A stretch of DNA of 64,000 nt, from positions 736,001 through 800,000 of the forward strand of contig OY762721.1 of NCBI GenBank assembly GCA_963666345.1, read 5' to 3'. This document shows, piece by piece, positions 50,138-59,752 of this stretch (positions are counted from its first letter, which is position 1; each line of letters starts with the position of its first letter). A model generated the notes under the pieces. The model did no database searches. It was not told the origin of the DNA and worked only from the letters and a program-made list of their open reading frames with translations. Source of the DNA: Desulfatiglandales bacterium. Lineage in GTDB: Bacteria; Desulfobacterota; DSM-4660; Desulfatiglandales; Desulfatiglandaceae. Both the position numbers and the translations under genes were made by a program.

Positions 50138-50271
50138 CTTTAAGCAGTAAGGTGTAGCAGAAGACCCAAAAGAGCAGTCAAGGAAACGCAACGTCAAAAA
50201 ATCAAAACCTATGGCATGAATGGAAAAAGCAGGAACAAATAGCTTTTAACCCTAACCAAAAGAGGAACGAC

Positions 50272-50535
50272 ATGGAAGAAAATAGCAGAAGCCAAAAACA
50301 TGAAAAGGCGGTTCGAATGGCGTCCATCATCTGTATCTTTCTTTTTTCACTGTACTTTGTGAATGTCTTTGTTGGAAAGGCGGCGACAGTTTATGGATGG
50401 AAGATTTTCCAGCTTGGTAATGTAGGGGAATTTCTGCTTTTGGTGGCTGCATCGATTTTTCTAGTTGTTGTCGCTCTTTATCGCGAGGCAATGGCAAATG
50501 ACAAAAATCAACGTAACAGCAACGAGGAGGTGTAA
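50272..50535 (+). CDS. Small two-TM membrane protein preceding the TRAP genes
   Basis: GAGGA RBS; two hydrophobic helices, VGEFLLL; stop 2 nt before the next start. Confidence 0.7.
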   Translation: MEENSRSQKHEKAVRMASIICIFLFSLYFVNVFVGKAATVYGWKIFQLGNVGEFLLLVAASIFLVVVALYREAMANDKNQRNSNEEV

Positions 50536-50537
50536 TC

Positions 50538-51695
50538 ATGCCTGATGACAAAAAAGAAGCTAGGGAACTGAAATCGGAAGAAAGACGCCGTTTCATGGAG
50601 CTGACAGCCAAGTTCGGATTCACGGCTGCAGTCCTTGCAATGACAACGGGAGTTCTGGGATCGCGTGAGGCATCTGCGGCGATAGGGAAGGAAGAGAAAG
50701 AGAGGCAGAAAGCCGCTAAGCACACGATGAATATCGCCACGGCCTACATTATCGGTGCATCGCGAAGCTACCCTATCATGCAGTTGGACATGAAAGAGAA
50801 CGTCCAGAACATGACCAGGGGCGATGTTTATGTAAAATTGGCCCCAGGCGGCCAGCTCGGTGCCGGCAGCACCCTGGCCCAAAAGGTTCAGGCAGGGACC
50901 ATTCAGGCCGCACAGCATTCCATTTCCAATTTCGCACCCTTCGCTCCGGCCGTTGATCTTATCAACATCCCTTACTGGTGTGGTGAGAATCAGAAATTCA
51001 TGAATCTGGTTACTTCTGAAACATGGAAAAAAGAAATAGAAGCAAAAGTGGCGGCCAGGGGGTTCAAAGTTCTCATGTATGTATGCATAGACCCACGCAC
51101 CGTGGCCATCCGAAAAGGCATTAAAGGCCCCATTAAAACCCCTGACCAGATGAAAGGCATCAAGTTCCGCGTTCCCGGCTCCAAGCTTCTTCAGCTGTTC
51201 TATAAGCTTGTCGGCGCCAACCCCACTCCGGTCGCATGGGGTGAAACAGCCTCCGCAATCAAGCAGGGTGTTGCAGACGCCCTCGATCCATCGGTGGAAG
51301 CTCTCTATGTCTTTGGTTTCAAGGACATCCTTTCCTATGTCACCTTTAACGCTGCGGTGCCTGACTCACAGGTTTATTCCTGCAACCTGAAGTGGCTTGA
51401 GAGCCTGCCCACAAAAGTGCGCGAGGGAGTCGAATTTGCAGGCGAAGTGACAATGAGGCAGAACCTGGCCAAAGTGCCTGCGGCCCGGGCTTTTGCCATG
51501 GCAGAGCTTGCCAAGTCCGGAGTCGAATTTTATGTCCCCACTGCGGAAGAAAAAAAGCAATGGGTTGAAAAGGCCGGGGCACAACTCCCCGCCTGGGACG
51601 ACATCAAAAAGGAACTGGCAGGATCGCTCAGCCTCTTTGATAGACTGCTGGAAGCGGCCAATACGCCCGGTAATTTCTATGTCCACGACGTGTGA
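50538..51695 (+). CDS. Tat-exported TRAP substrate-binding protein, HpsK-like (DHPS uptake)
   Basis: RRRFM twin-arginine signal; ATAYIIGASRSYPIMQLD, KLAPGGQLGAG resemble roseobacter HpsK (from recall); suyAB context. Confidence 0.8.
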   Translation: MPDDKKEARELKSEERRRFMELTAKFGFTAAVLAMTTGVLGSREASAAIGKEEKERQKAAKHTMNIATAYIIGASRSYPIMQLDMKENVQNMTRGDVYVKLAPGGQLGAGSTLAQKVQAGTIQAAQHSISNFAPFAPAVDLINIPYWCGENQKFMNLVTSETWKKEIEAKVAARGFKVLMYVCIDPRTVAIRKGIKGPIKTPDQMKGIKFRVPGSKLLQLFYKLVGANPTPVAWGETASAIKQGVADALDPSVEALYVFGFKDILSYVTFNAAVPDSQVYSCNLKWLESLPTKVREGVEFAGEVTMRQNLAKVPAARAFAMAELAKSGVEFYVPTAEEKKQWVEKAGAQLPAWDDIKKELAGSLSLFDRLLEAANTPGNFYVHDV

Positions 51696-51769
51696 TTAAA
51701 ATGATGCGTCCAGCGGCGTATGATCCTTTATTGCTGCTGGACGCAAAACACAAACGGGGAGAATGTTAC

Positions 51770-52291
51770 ATGAACATGTCACAGGTTTTGAGGACAATCG
51801 ACAAGGAGGGTGAAAGGTATTTACTCCTGCCCCTCTATGCCTTGATCGTCATAGTAATTTTTAGCGAGGTGATGCGCAGATTTGTCCTGAGCTATTCTTC
51901 CATATGGGCGGAAGAAGTGGCCCGATATGCCTTCATATACGTATCGTGGATCGGCGCCTCGGCAGCCATACGGGAACGGGCGCACATCAGGATTGATGTG
52001 ATATTTCAATTTGTCTCCGAGCGGGGCAAGGGAATTATCTTTATTTTCGGAGATATTGTCACCCTTGCCCTAGCGGTGACGGCATTTTACTGGTCCCTCC
52101 ACCCGGTTTTCACCTCACTCCATTTTGATTCGGTTACGCACGGCTTGAGAATCAGCCAGGCATGGTTTCTCGCTGCTGTACCCTTGGGGTTCGCGATGAT
52201 GACGATCCGCCTTATCCAATCCATCATAAGGGACGTATCCGATGTGAGGGCGAAAAGACCCGTATTCAAGGGCCAAAAGCTATTTGATTAG
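51770..52291 (+). CDS. TRAP small permease DctQ (HpsL-like)
   Basis: WAEEVARY, HIRID; 4 TM. Confidence 0.9.
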   Translation: MNMSQVLRTIDKEGERYLLLPLYALIVIVIFSEVMRRFVLSYSSIWAEEVARYAFIYVSWIGASAAIRERAHIRIDVIFQFVSERGKGIIFIFGDIVTLALAVTAFYWSLHPVFTSLHFDSVTHGLRISQAWFLAAVPLGFAMMTIRLIQSIIRDVSDVRAKRPVFKGQKLFD

Positions 52292-52302
52292 GAGGTGACA
52301 CA

Positions 52303-53616
52303 GTGCTGCAACAATATTTGATGCATCAACAGGATCTCACCCTCGGATGGGACTTTTATTTACCTTTGATTGCGATGGTTGTTCTTATTGCACTGGCCGC
52401 CAGGATCTGGGTGGTGGTTGGTGTAGGCTCGCTGGCAATGCTCCTGGCAACCGGCGTATTGCCCCCCACACTGATGGGCGAAGCCCTGTTCGACGGAATA
52501 GACTCCTTTGCGCTGATCGCGGTTCCCCTCTTCATCCTAACCGGAGACGTGCTGGTTCGAACGGGCCTGTCGAACAAGCTCCTTGATGTGGCGGAGGCGA
52601 CCATGGGCGCCCAGCGTTCAGGGTTGGGTACTTCTACGGTCTTGGGGTGCGGATTTTTTGCATGCATTTCCGGCTCCGACGCGGCGGATGCCGCAGCGAT
52701 CGGACGGATTACAATCCATCGCCTTGAGGAAAAAGGGTACCCCAAACCTTATGCCTGCGCCCTTGTTGCGGCAGGTGCATGCACAGGGATTCTTATTCCA
52801 CCTTCAATTTCCTACATCATAATCGGGCTGGTTTTAGGAATTTCAGCTTCCACCCTGTTTATGGCCGCAGCTATCCCTGGAGTATTAATTCTTTTGTCCA
52901 TCATGGTAACCAACGCAATAGTCAACCGCTTCAAAAGGTACGAAGATTCCAGTAGAGGCTTCAATTTCAAGTACTGGCTCAAGACCATATATGACGGCAA
53001 ATACGCACTGACTATTCCGATTATCATACTTGGGGGCATATACTCAGGCGTCTTCACTCCCACTGAGTCCGCTGCGGTAGCCGCAGCCATAACCATGATC
53101 ATCGGTTTTATCCAGAAAACCATCGGGCTGAAAGATATTCCCAAGATGCTGGAAACCTCAGCCAAGGTGAGCGGGGTGATTGTTCCCATCATTGCTATGT
53201 CCCTTCCCCTTGCACAGACCCTGGCCTCCCTGCAGGTGCCCCAGTATTTCGTGCATACCATGACTTCCCTCACGGAGAACCCCTACCTGATCATGCTGAT
53301 CATGCTGGGAGTTTTGATTATCGCCGGATGTATCATGGAGACCACGCCGAATATCGTGATCCTTGCACCTATTCTTTTGCCCCTGGCCCAGGAAATAGGC
53401 ATGGACGAGATTCATTTCTGTATCTTCTTTGTAACTGCATTGGGAATAGGGTTTATCACACCGCCGATGGGACTCAACCTGTTCGTGGTTTCGGGTGTTA
53501 CCCGTACGCCGGTTCTGTCCATCTCCCGTTATGCGGTGTACTTTGTAATCACCATGTTGATAGTGGAAATTATCATCATGACCGTGCCGTGGATTTCGCT
53601 GTGGCTGATACGCTGA
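52303..53616 (+). CDS. TRAP large permease DctM (HpsM-like)
   Basis: AVPLFILTG, ISGS, ILIPPSI, FTPTESAA, TPPMGLNL. Confidence 0.92.
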   Translation: MLQQYLMHQQDLTLGWDFYLPLIAMVVLIALAARIWVVVGVGSLAMLLATGVLPPTLMGEALFDGIDSFALIAVPLFILTGDVLVRTGLSNKLLDVAEATMGAQRSGLGTSTVLGCGFFACISGSDAADAAAIGRITIHRLEEKGYPKPYACALVAAGACTGILIPPSISYIIIGLVLGISASTLFMAAAIPGVLILLSIMVTNAIVNRFKRYEDSSRGFNFKYWLKTIYDGKYALTIPIIILGGIYSGVFTPTESAAVAAAITMIIGFIQKTIGLKDIPKMLETSAKVSGVIVPIIAMSLPLAQTLASLQVPQYFVHTMTSLTENPYLIMLIMLGVLIIAGCIMETTPNIVILAPILLPLAQEIGMDEIHFCIFFVTALGIGFITPPMGLNLFVVSGVTRTPVLSISRYAVYFVITMLIVEIIIMTVPWISLWLIR

Positions 53617-53666
53617 TGGTTGAAAAATAAACAGATAACTAAAATTAATAACAGGAGAAAAGAAAA

Positions 53667-55547
53667 ATGCCATACGGATATAACGGACGCATACTGCATG
53701 TAAACTTAAGCAAAGGCAAATGGGAGATAGAGGAGCCTGATGAGACCTTTTACAGGGCCTATGTAGGGGGATCAAATTTTGCGGGCTATTATCTGTTAAA
53801 GCATATTAAACCGGGCATAGATCCTCTGTCAGATGAAAATGTCCTTGTCTTTGCATGCAGTGCGGTCACAGGGGCCCCCCTTTCAGGATTCAGCAGGTAC
53901 ACGGTAGCGGCCAAGTCACCGCTGACAGGGGGCTTTGGTGAATCAGAGGCTGGAGGCTACTTCGGCCCTGAGCTCAAATTTGCAGGCTTTGACGCCATCG
54001 TTATAACCGGTAAGGCTCAAGGCCCGGTATACCTATGGATAAAAGACGGGGAGGTGGAGATACGGGACGCATCTCGTCTGTGGGGAAAGGACAACTGGGT
54101 TACCCTTGAGAAGATCTGCGAGGAAAATGAAGACAAGAGGATAAGGGTTGCCTCCATAGGTCCGGCAGGTGAGAGAATGATCCCGTTTGCCAATGTCCAG
54201 AACGACCTGGAGCATTTTAACGGCCGCACCGGCATGGGGGCCGTCATGGGCTCCAAGAACCTCAAGGCAGTAGCTGTGAGGGGAAAGAAGAAGATGGAGA
54301 TGGCGGATCCTGACAAGGTAAAGGAGTTTGCCAAATGGCATGTCAGCTTCCTTAAAAAGCATCCGCCCGCAGTGGGTCTGAGCAAATTCGGAACGACCGG
54401 ACTGGTAAAGCCTCTTAATGATTCAGGCATACTTCCCACCAGGAATTTCAAGGAAGGTGTATTTGAGGGGGCGGACAAGATCGATGCCGATGCCTACCAG
54501 AAGGAGATTTTCCATTCTTCGGGCACCTGCTACGCCTGTGCCGTGAGGTGCAAGAGAAGGGTTGAATCGGACAGCGAGAAATACCCGCTTGACAAACGTT
54601 TCGGCGGCCCTGAATACGAGACCCTTGCATCGCTTGGCTCCCTTATCGGAAACGACAACCTGCTGGCGATAGCGCGCGGAAACCAGATCTGCAACCTTAT
54701 GGGCATGGATACGATCTCGGCGGGATGTGCCATAGCCTTTGCAATGGAGTGCTTTGAAAACGGAGTGCTTACGGAAGAAGACACCGGAGGCAGGGCCATA
54801 CCCTTTGGAGACGGGGATGCAATGATCTGGTTGCTTGAGGAGATCGTTAATCAGAGGGGGATAGGCAAGGTTCTTTCTAAGGGGGTAAAGAGGGCGGCAG
54901 AGGAGATCGGCAGGGGAGCCGAGAAGTATGCCCTTCACATAAAGGGTCAGGAGATGGCCTGTCATGACGGAAGGGGTAAGACCGGTATGGCCATGGGATT
55001 TGCGCTTTCCCCTACGGGCGCGGATCATGTGGAAACGCCCCATGACTCAGCCTTTGCAGCAAGCCCGGGGAACCTGATGCCGCTGGGGATGCTTGAACCG
55101 ATCGACCCCTTTGCCGTTGATGAGTCCAAGGTAAGGTTCTTTGTGCTCGGACAGAAGGCATGGGGACTCAATAACTGCTACGGGTTGTGTAATTTTGCCT
55201 CTGTTCCGCTTCATGGGAATACATTTCCAAAGCTTGTAGAGGCTATAACCGCAATAACGGGATGGGATACCAGCCTCCTTGAGATATTCAAGGTGGCTGA
55301 AAGATCAAATGTAATGGCCAGGATCTTTAATAACAGGGAAGGCTTCGGCCCTGAGGACGACAGGCTGGTGAACCGCTGGCACGAACAGATGCCTGCTGGT
55401 CCGATCAAGGGGCAGTATATCGATAAACAGGATTTTAGAAAGGCCATTGATCTGTACTATGAGATGTCGGGCTGGGATGAGGATGGAAGGCCTAAAAGGT
55501 CAAAACTGATCGAGCTCAACCTGGAATGGCTCATGGAAGATAATTGA
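53667..55547 (+). CDS. W/Mo-dependent aldehyde:ferredoxin oxidoreductase (AOR family)
   Basis: KSPLTG, GFDAI, IGPAGE, GRTGMGAVMGSKNLKA, CYACAVRC, GPEYET, GMDTIS. Confidence 0.92.
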   Translation: MPYGYNGRILHVNLSKGKWEIEEPDETFYRAYVGGSNFAGYYLLKHIKPGIDPLSDENVLVFACSAVTGAPLSGFSRYTVAAKSPLTGGFGESEAGGYFGPELKFAGFDAIVITGKAQGPVYLWIKDGEVEIRDASRLWGKDNWVTLEKICEENEDKRIRVASIGPAGERMIPFANVQNDLEHFNGRTGMGAVMGSKNLKAVAVRGKKKMEMADPDKVKEFAKWHVSFLKKHPPAVGLSKFGTTGLVKPLNDSGILPTRNFKEGVFEGADKIDADAYQKEIFHSSGTCYACAVRCKRRVESDSEKYPLDKRFGGPEYETLASLGSLIGNDNLLAIARGNQICNLMGMDTISAGCAIAFAMECFENGVLTEEDTGGRAIPFGDGDAMIWLLEEIVNQRGIGKVLSKGVKRAAEEIGRGAEKYALHIKGQEMACHDGRGKTGMAMGFALSPTGADHVETPHDSAFAASPGNLMPLGMLEPIDPFAVDESKVRFFVLGQKAWGLNNCYGLCNFASVPLHGNTFPKLVEAITAITGWDTSLLEIFKVAERSNVMARIFNNREGFGPEDDRLVNRWHEQMPAGPIKGQYIDKQDFRKAIDLYYEMSGWDEDGRPKRSKLIELNLEWLMEDN

Positions 55548-55600
55548 TCGGAGTCTGAATCAGTAAAGATAAACGAATAAAACACAAGGGAGGAACAGAT

Positions 55601-56461
55601 ATGTTATTCGGAATTGTTGGAGTCGGAAATATGGGAGGCGGCATTGCCAGAAACCTTATCAGGGCCGGGAAAGATCTACTTATCTATGACATAAATGAAG
55701 AGGCCGCGGCGAAGGTGGCTGAAACAGGACCGACAGGCAAGGTTGCCAAAGGCGTAGATGAATTGGCCGCAGCAGATGTCGTCTTCACAAGCCTTCCCCT
55801 TCCCCAGCATATTGAAGGTGTAATGCTCGGGGATGACGGACTGTTAAACAAGATGAAGAAGGGCTCCACCTATATAGAGGTAAGCACTATCGATCCCAAG
55901 TCAGCCAGAAAACTTTCTGATGCCTGCGATGAAAAAGGGATAGATTTTCTGGAATGTCCTCTGGGCAAGACACCTGCGGCAACGGAAAAGGCGGAAGAAC
56001 CCATCTTTGTAGGCGGAAAAAAAGAGGTATTTGAAAAAATGAAGGACCTGCTCGACATACTAGGATCTGATGCCTACTACATGGGAGAGGTGGAGGCATC
56101 AAGCGCCTTCAAACTCATAAGCAACATGATAGGGATGACCAACCTAGCCGTGCTCGCAGAAGGAATCAGGATCGGAGAAAAGGCCGGCATCGACAAGAAG
56201 ATGCTCATAGAACTTCTGGACGATACAGGCGCCAAGAGCTTCCAGATGGATGTAAGAGGCCCCTGGATAGTTAATGGGGACTTCCAGAATCGCTTCGGAC
56301 TCGATCTCGCCTTAAAGGATGTCAGGCTTGGCTGTGAAATGGCCGACGCCTGGGGAAACGATGCAACTACCATGAAGGTGGCCCTCGACTATTTCAAGAA
56401 GGCAAGTTCCGAAGGCCTAGGAAAAGATGACTGTAACGCGATCTATAAGATAATCAAATAG
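55601..56461 (+). CDS. 3-hydroxyisobutyrate dehydrogenase-family oxidoreductase (candidate DHPS dehydrogenase/sulfolactaldehyde reductase)
   Basis: GIVGVGNMG, STI, PLGKTP, KLISN, KDVRL; context. Confidence 0.85.
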   Translation: MLFGIVGVGNMGGGIARNLIRAGKDLLIYDINEEAAAKVAETGPTGKVAKGVDELAAADVVFTSLPLPQHIEGVMLGDDGLLNKMKKGSTYIEVSTIDPKSARKLSDACDEKGIDFLECPLGKTPAATEKAEEPIFVGGKKEVFEKMKDLLDILGSDAYYMGEVEASSAFKLISNMIGMTNLAVLAEGIRIGEKAGIDKKMLIELLDDTGAKSFQMDVRGPWIVNGDFQNRFGLDLALKDVRLGCEMADAWGNDATTMKVALDYFKKASSEGLGKDDCNAIYKIIK

Positions 56462-56573
56462 TATTATTGCACGAATCTGTTTTTCGATCGTCAGGAAAAA
56501 CGCGTCAGAGTCATACAGTTTGCAAAGGCCTTCCCCGGAATCGTCGGCCTGTATCTCGAATCCGGACATACCC

Positions 56574-56709
56574 GCCCGATATTAGGCTTTGAAACTTAAC
56601 CCAAGCCTAATATTGGGCATTTACTTAATCCTCTTTATCATCTATATTGTATAAGGACATAAAATACAGGATGTTAAGGAAAGCAGGCTCAACTGGCATG
56701 AATGTTGCC
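56574..56709 (+). promoter_or_regulatory. Sigma54 promoter with paired palindromic upstream sites, upstream of suyAB
   Basis: gcccgatattaggc (56574) and gcctaatattgggc (56605); TGGCATGAATGTTGC at 56694. Confidence 0.7.
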
Positions 56710-56963
56710 TTTCAATTTATCCGTAAGCATATATTGCCGGTGAGCAATGGTATAAATTTTACTTGGTTTTGCGTTCAGCGACTTTTTAATTAAGACATTG
56801 TTTATATCCAAGGTCGATGCGTTCGTAAAAAGTCAAATTTCGACTACTTATGATAGATACCGCAGTTTCCATATCGAAACAGATAGCAGGTATCCGGTAG
56901 TATTGTGTAAGATTTTATTTTTATCAATCCAAGCAAACACTAACAATTAATGGAGGAGAAAAA

Positions 56964-57242
56964 ATGACGGATTTTTTGATTCATGAAAAGGCTGACACCG
57001 TAGGTGTGGCCACTGTTGACATCAAGGCCGGTGAAACGGCTGAGGGTCTTTACATGGACACCCAGGAAAAAATCACAAAAAAGGCGCTTCAGGACATACC
57101 TCTTGGCCACAAGATCGCACTGAGGGACCACAAGGTGGACGAAGGCGTGATCAAATACGGTCATGACATCGGCAGGGTGGTTGCCGACTTCAAGGATGGA
57201 GAACATGTCCACATTCACAATCTGAAGACCAGGAGGTGGTAA
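56964..57242 (+). CDS. suyA: Sulfolactate sulfo-lyase small subunit (SAF domain)
   Basis: [41 protein letters not shown]. Confidence 0.85.
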   Translation: MTDFLIHEKADTVGVATVDIKAGETAEGLYMDTQEKITKKALQDIPLGHKIALRDHKVDEGVIKYGHDIGRVVADFKDGEHVHIHNLKTRRW

Positions 57243-57244
57243 GA

Positions 57245-58408
57245 ATGAGTAATCGTAAAGTATTAGGGTATCGAAGAGAAAACGGTCGCGTCGGGATCCG
57301 CAACCATGTCGCAATTCTTCCCCTGGACGATCTGTCCAATGCGGCATGCGAGGCGGTGGCAAACAATATAAAGGGAACCAGGGCACTGCCCCACCCATAC
57401 GGCAGGCTGCAGTTCGGTGAGGATCTTGAGCTGTTTTTCCGCACAATGATAGGCACCGGCTCAAACCCCAATGTAGCTGCCGTCGTTGTAATAGGCATAG
57501 AACCTGAATGGACGAACAGGATAGTGGAAGGAATAAGAAAGACCGGAAAGCCTGCCGAAGGCTTTTCAATTGAGCGTACCGGCGATATCGGCACCATTGC
57601 AAAGGCATCCTGGAAGGCCAAAGAATTCGTCCACTGGGCCTCCGAGCTGAGAAGAGAGGAAGTAGACCTGTCCGAGATCTGGGTATCGGTAAAGTGCGGA
57701 GAGTCCGACACTACTTCAGGCCTCGCATCCAACCCTACGGTTGGAAACGCGATCGACAAGCTGGTGGAAATGGGCGCAACCTGCTCCTTCGGGGAGACCT
57801 CCGAGATCACCGGCGCAGAGGATGTGTGCCAGGCAAGGGCAGCCACGCCGGAGCTTGGTGAGGCCTTCATGAAGATTTGGAACGACTATAATGATTTCAT
57901 AAACGAAAACAAGACGGACGACCTCTCAGGCTCCCAGCCCACCAAGGGAAACATCAGGGGCGGGCTGACCACGATCGAAGAAAAAGCCTTCGGAAACCTC
58001 CAGAAGATCGGCAAGAAGTCCAACTACGTAGGGGTTCTTGGGCCGGCAGAGGCACCAACAGGCCCAGGCCTCTGGTTTATGGACACCTCATCGGCGGCGG
58101 CCGAGGCGGTCACCCTCTGGATGGCGGCAGGCTTCGTATGCCATTTCTTCCCCACCGGTCAGGGTAATATCATCGGCAACCCGATTGAGCCGGTGATCAA
58201 GCTTTCAGCCAATCCGCTGACGGTTTCCACCATGGTCGAGCATATCGATTATGACTGCTCAGGCATACTTCGCGGTGAGATGACACTGGATGAATCCGGG
58301 GATAACCTGCTTAACATGCTTGAGAGGACCTGTAACGGCAGAAGAACTTCTCAGGAGGTACTGGGACATTTCGAATACGTGCTCACCAAACTGTACAGAA
58401 GCGCGTAA
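57245..58408 (+). CDS. suyB: Sulfolactate sulfo-lyase large subunit (UxaA family)
   Basis: [62 protein letters not shown]; ends LTKLYRSA. Confidence 0.88.
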   Translation: MSNRKVLGYRRENGRVGIRNHVAILPLDDLSNAACEAVANNIKGTRALPHPYGRLQFGEDLELFFRTMIGTGSNPNVAAVVVIGIEPEWTNRIVEGIRKTGKPAEGFSIERTGDIGTIAKASWKAKEFVHWASELRREEVDLSEIWVSVKCGESDTTSGLASNPTVGNAIDKLVEMGATCSFGETSEITGAEDVCQARAATPELGEAFMKIWNDYNDFINENKTDDLSGSQPTKGNIRGGLTTIEEKAFGNLQKIGKKSNYVGVLGPAEAPTGPGLWFMDTSSAAAEAVTLWMAAGFVCHFFPTGQGNIIGNPIEPVIKLSANPLTVSTMVEHIDYDCSGILRGEMTLDESGDNLLNMLERTCNGRRTSQEVLGHFEYVLTKLYRSA

Positions 58409-58612
58409 GATCTATCTGTTTAGACAATGCGGGGGAATTTCTCCCGCATTGAAACTGAAGCATCGCCTCTCGTCACCTCCTGTCTGCATATGAGTTATGG
58501 TAAGGGTTAAGTTACACGGTTTACAAGATGCCTTGCATCATGGGCCGGTGCGGGATCTGTTATTGAAAAATATATACCTGTAATTGTAAGGGAGGGGATA
58601 ACCGACCAGGAT

Positions 58613-59323
58613 CTAGAAACTGTCGATATCCCATGCATTTTTCAGGTCATCGTAGACGCTTGCGAGATGAAGTTCCATGGCTCTTTTGGCACCCTGTACG
58701 TCATGCTCGCGGATTGCATCAATGGTTGCCTTATGCTGGCGTGCAGACTCAAGTATCCTGCCCGGAATCGAGTGCGTATGCTTGCTGAATGCGGCAAGAT
58801 AGGTAAGGAGGCTCTGCATCAGATCTACTATTATTGTATTTTTTGATATCCTGGCGACACATAGATGAAACTTCCGGTCCAGTTCACCGAACCTGACAAG
58901 GTTGTTTTCCTCCAGCAATATCTTATTTGTTTCTTCGGCAAGAAGGTTCAACTCAGTGATATCCGATTCCTCGCAATTCGCTGCAGCCCATCCGGCAGTG
59001 GAGGTTTCCAGCACTTCTCTAACCTGAAACAGATTCTTGGCCAGATGGCGATTCAGAGTAAGGAGACTTGAAAGCTGACGTGCAACCGTTTCCCCGTTGA
59101 CATCAGCGACAAAGATTCCTGATCGATGCTTTACCTGTAAAATTCCCAGCCCGTTCAAAGTGTTTACAGCATCACGAATAACAGTGCGACTTATATTGAA
59201 ATCGGTCGCCATCTTCCTCTCAGGGGGAAGCCTGTCGCCAGCCTTTAACCGGTGCTGAATTATGTATTTCTCTATTCTACCTACTGCCTGATCTTTGAGG
59301 GACCTTGTTTTTTCCGTGGGCAT
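58613..59323 (-). CDS. GntR/FadR-family regulator
   Basis: GDRLPPER, SRTVIRDA wHTH; FCD domain D..FH, H..H. Confidence 0.93.
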   Translation of the reverse strand: MPTEKTRSLKDQAVGRIEKYIIQHRLKAGDRLPPERKMATDFNISRTVIRDAVNTLNGLGILQVKHRSGIFVADVNGETVARQLSSLLTLNRHLAKNLFQVREVLETSTAGWAAANCEESDITELNLLAEETNKILLEENNLVRFGELDRKFHLCVARISKNTIIVDLMQSLLTYLAAFSKHTHSIPGRILESARQHKATIDAIREHDVQGAKRAMELHLASVYDDLKNAWDIDSF

Positions 59324-59620
59324 GGTTTTCTCGCAAATGAAATATTGAATCGATTTTTATCGTCTCTAAGGTACGCCGTATAGTTAGCAGAAGATAGTGC
59401 ACCCCGCATTTTCTAGACCAACTGAGCTTACACATTCTGTCTATTTTGGTATACCGCATAGGGCTAGCAGCAAGTTTCTTCACTGTCAAGTCGGTTTTAC
59501 GGAATCTTCTGTTTCAACAGGCTGATTTTATTGTCTTCATGCTCCTTTAATAGTACAACTAATTGAAAATACTATTCAATATAATACGATATAAAATTTT
59601 ATGTTTGGCACCATTTTCAC

Positions 59621-59682
59621 TTGACATGCATACCTGCAGTCTGTAAAGAATATTCATTGGTAATACCATTTTGGTAGCACCA
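59621..59682 (+). promoter_or_regulatory. Promoter (TTGACA) with two tandem FadR-type TGGT-N3-ACCA boxes
   Basis: tggtaatacca 59658-59668 and tggtagcacca 59672-59682, between the divergent GntR and sulfatase-like genes. Confidence 0.7.
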
Positions 59683-59752
59683 GATATTTATTTTAGATAA
59701 AGAGATCTTTTACAACCAAAAACATTATTTTATTTCGGGGGGAATAGATACA

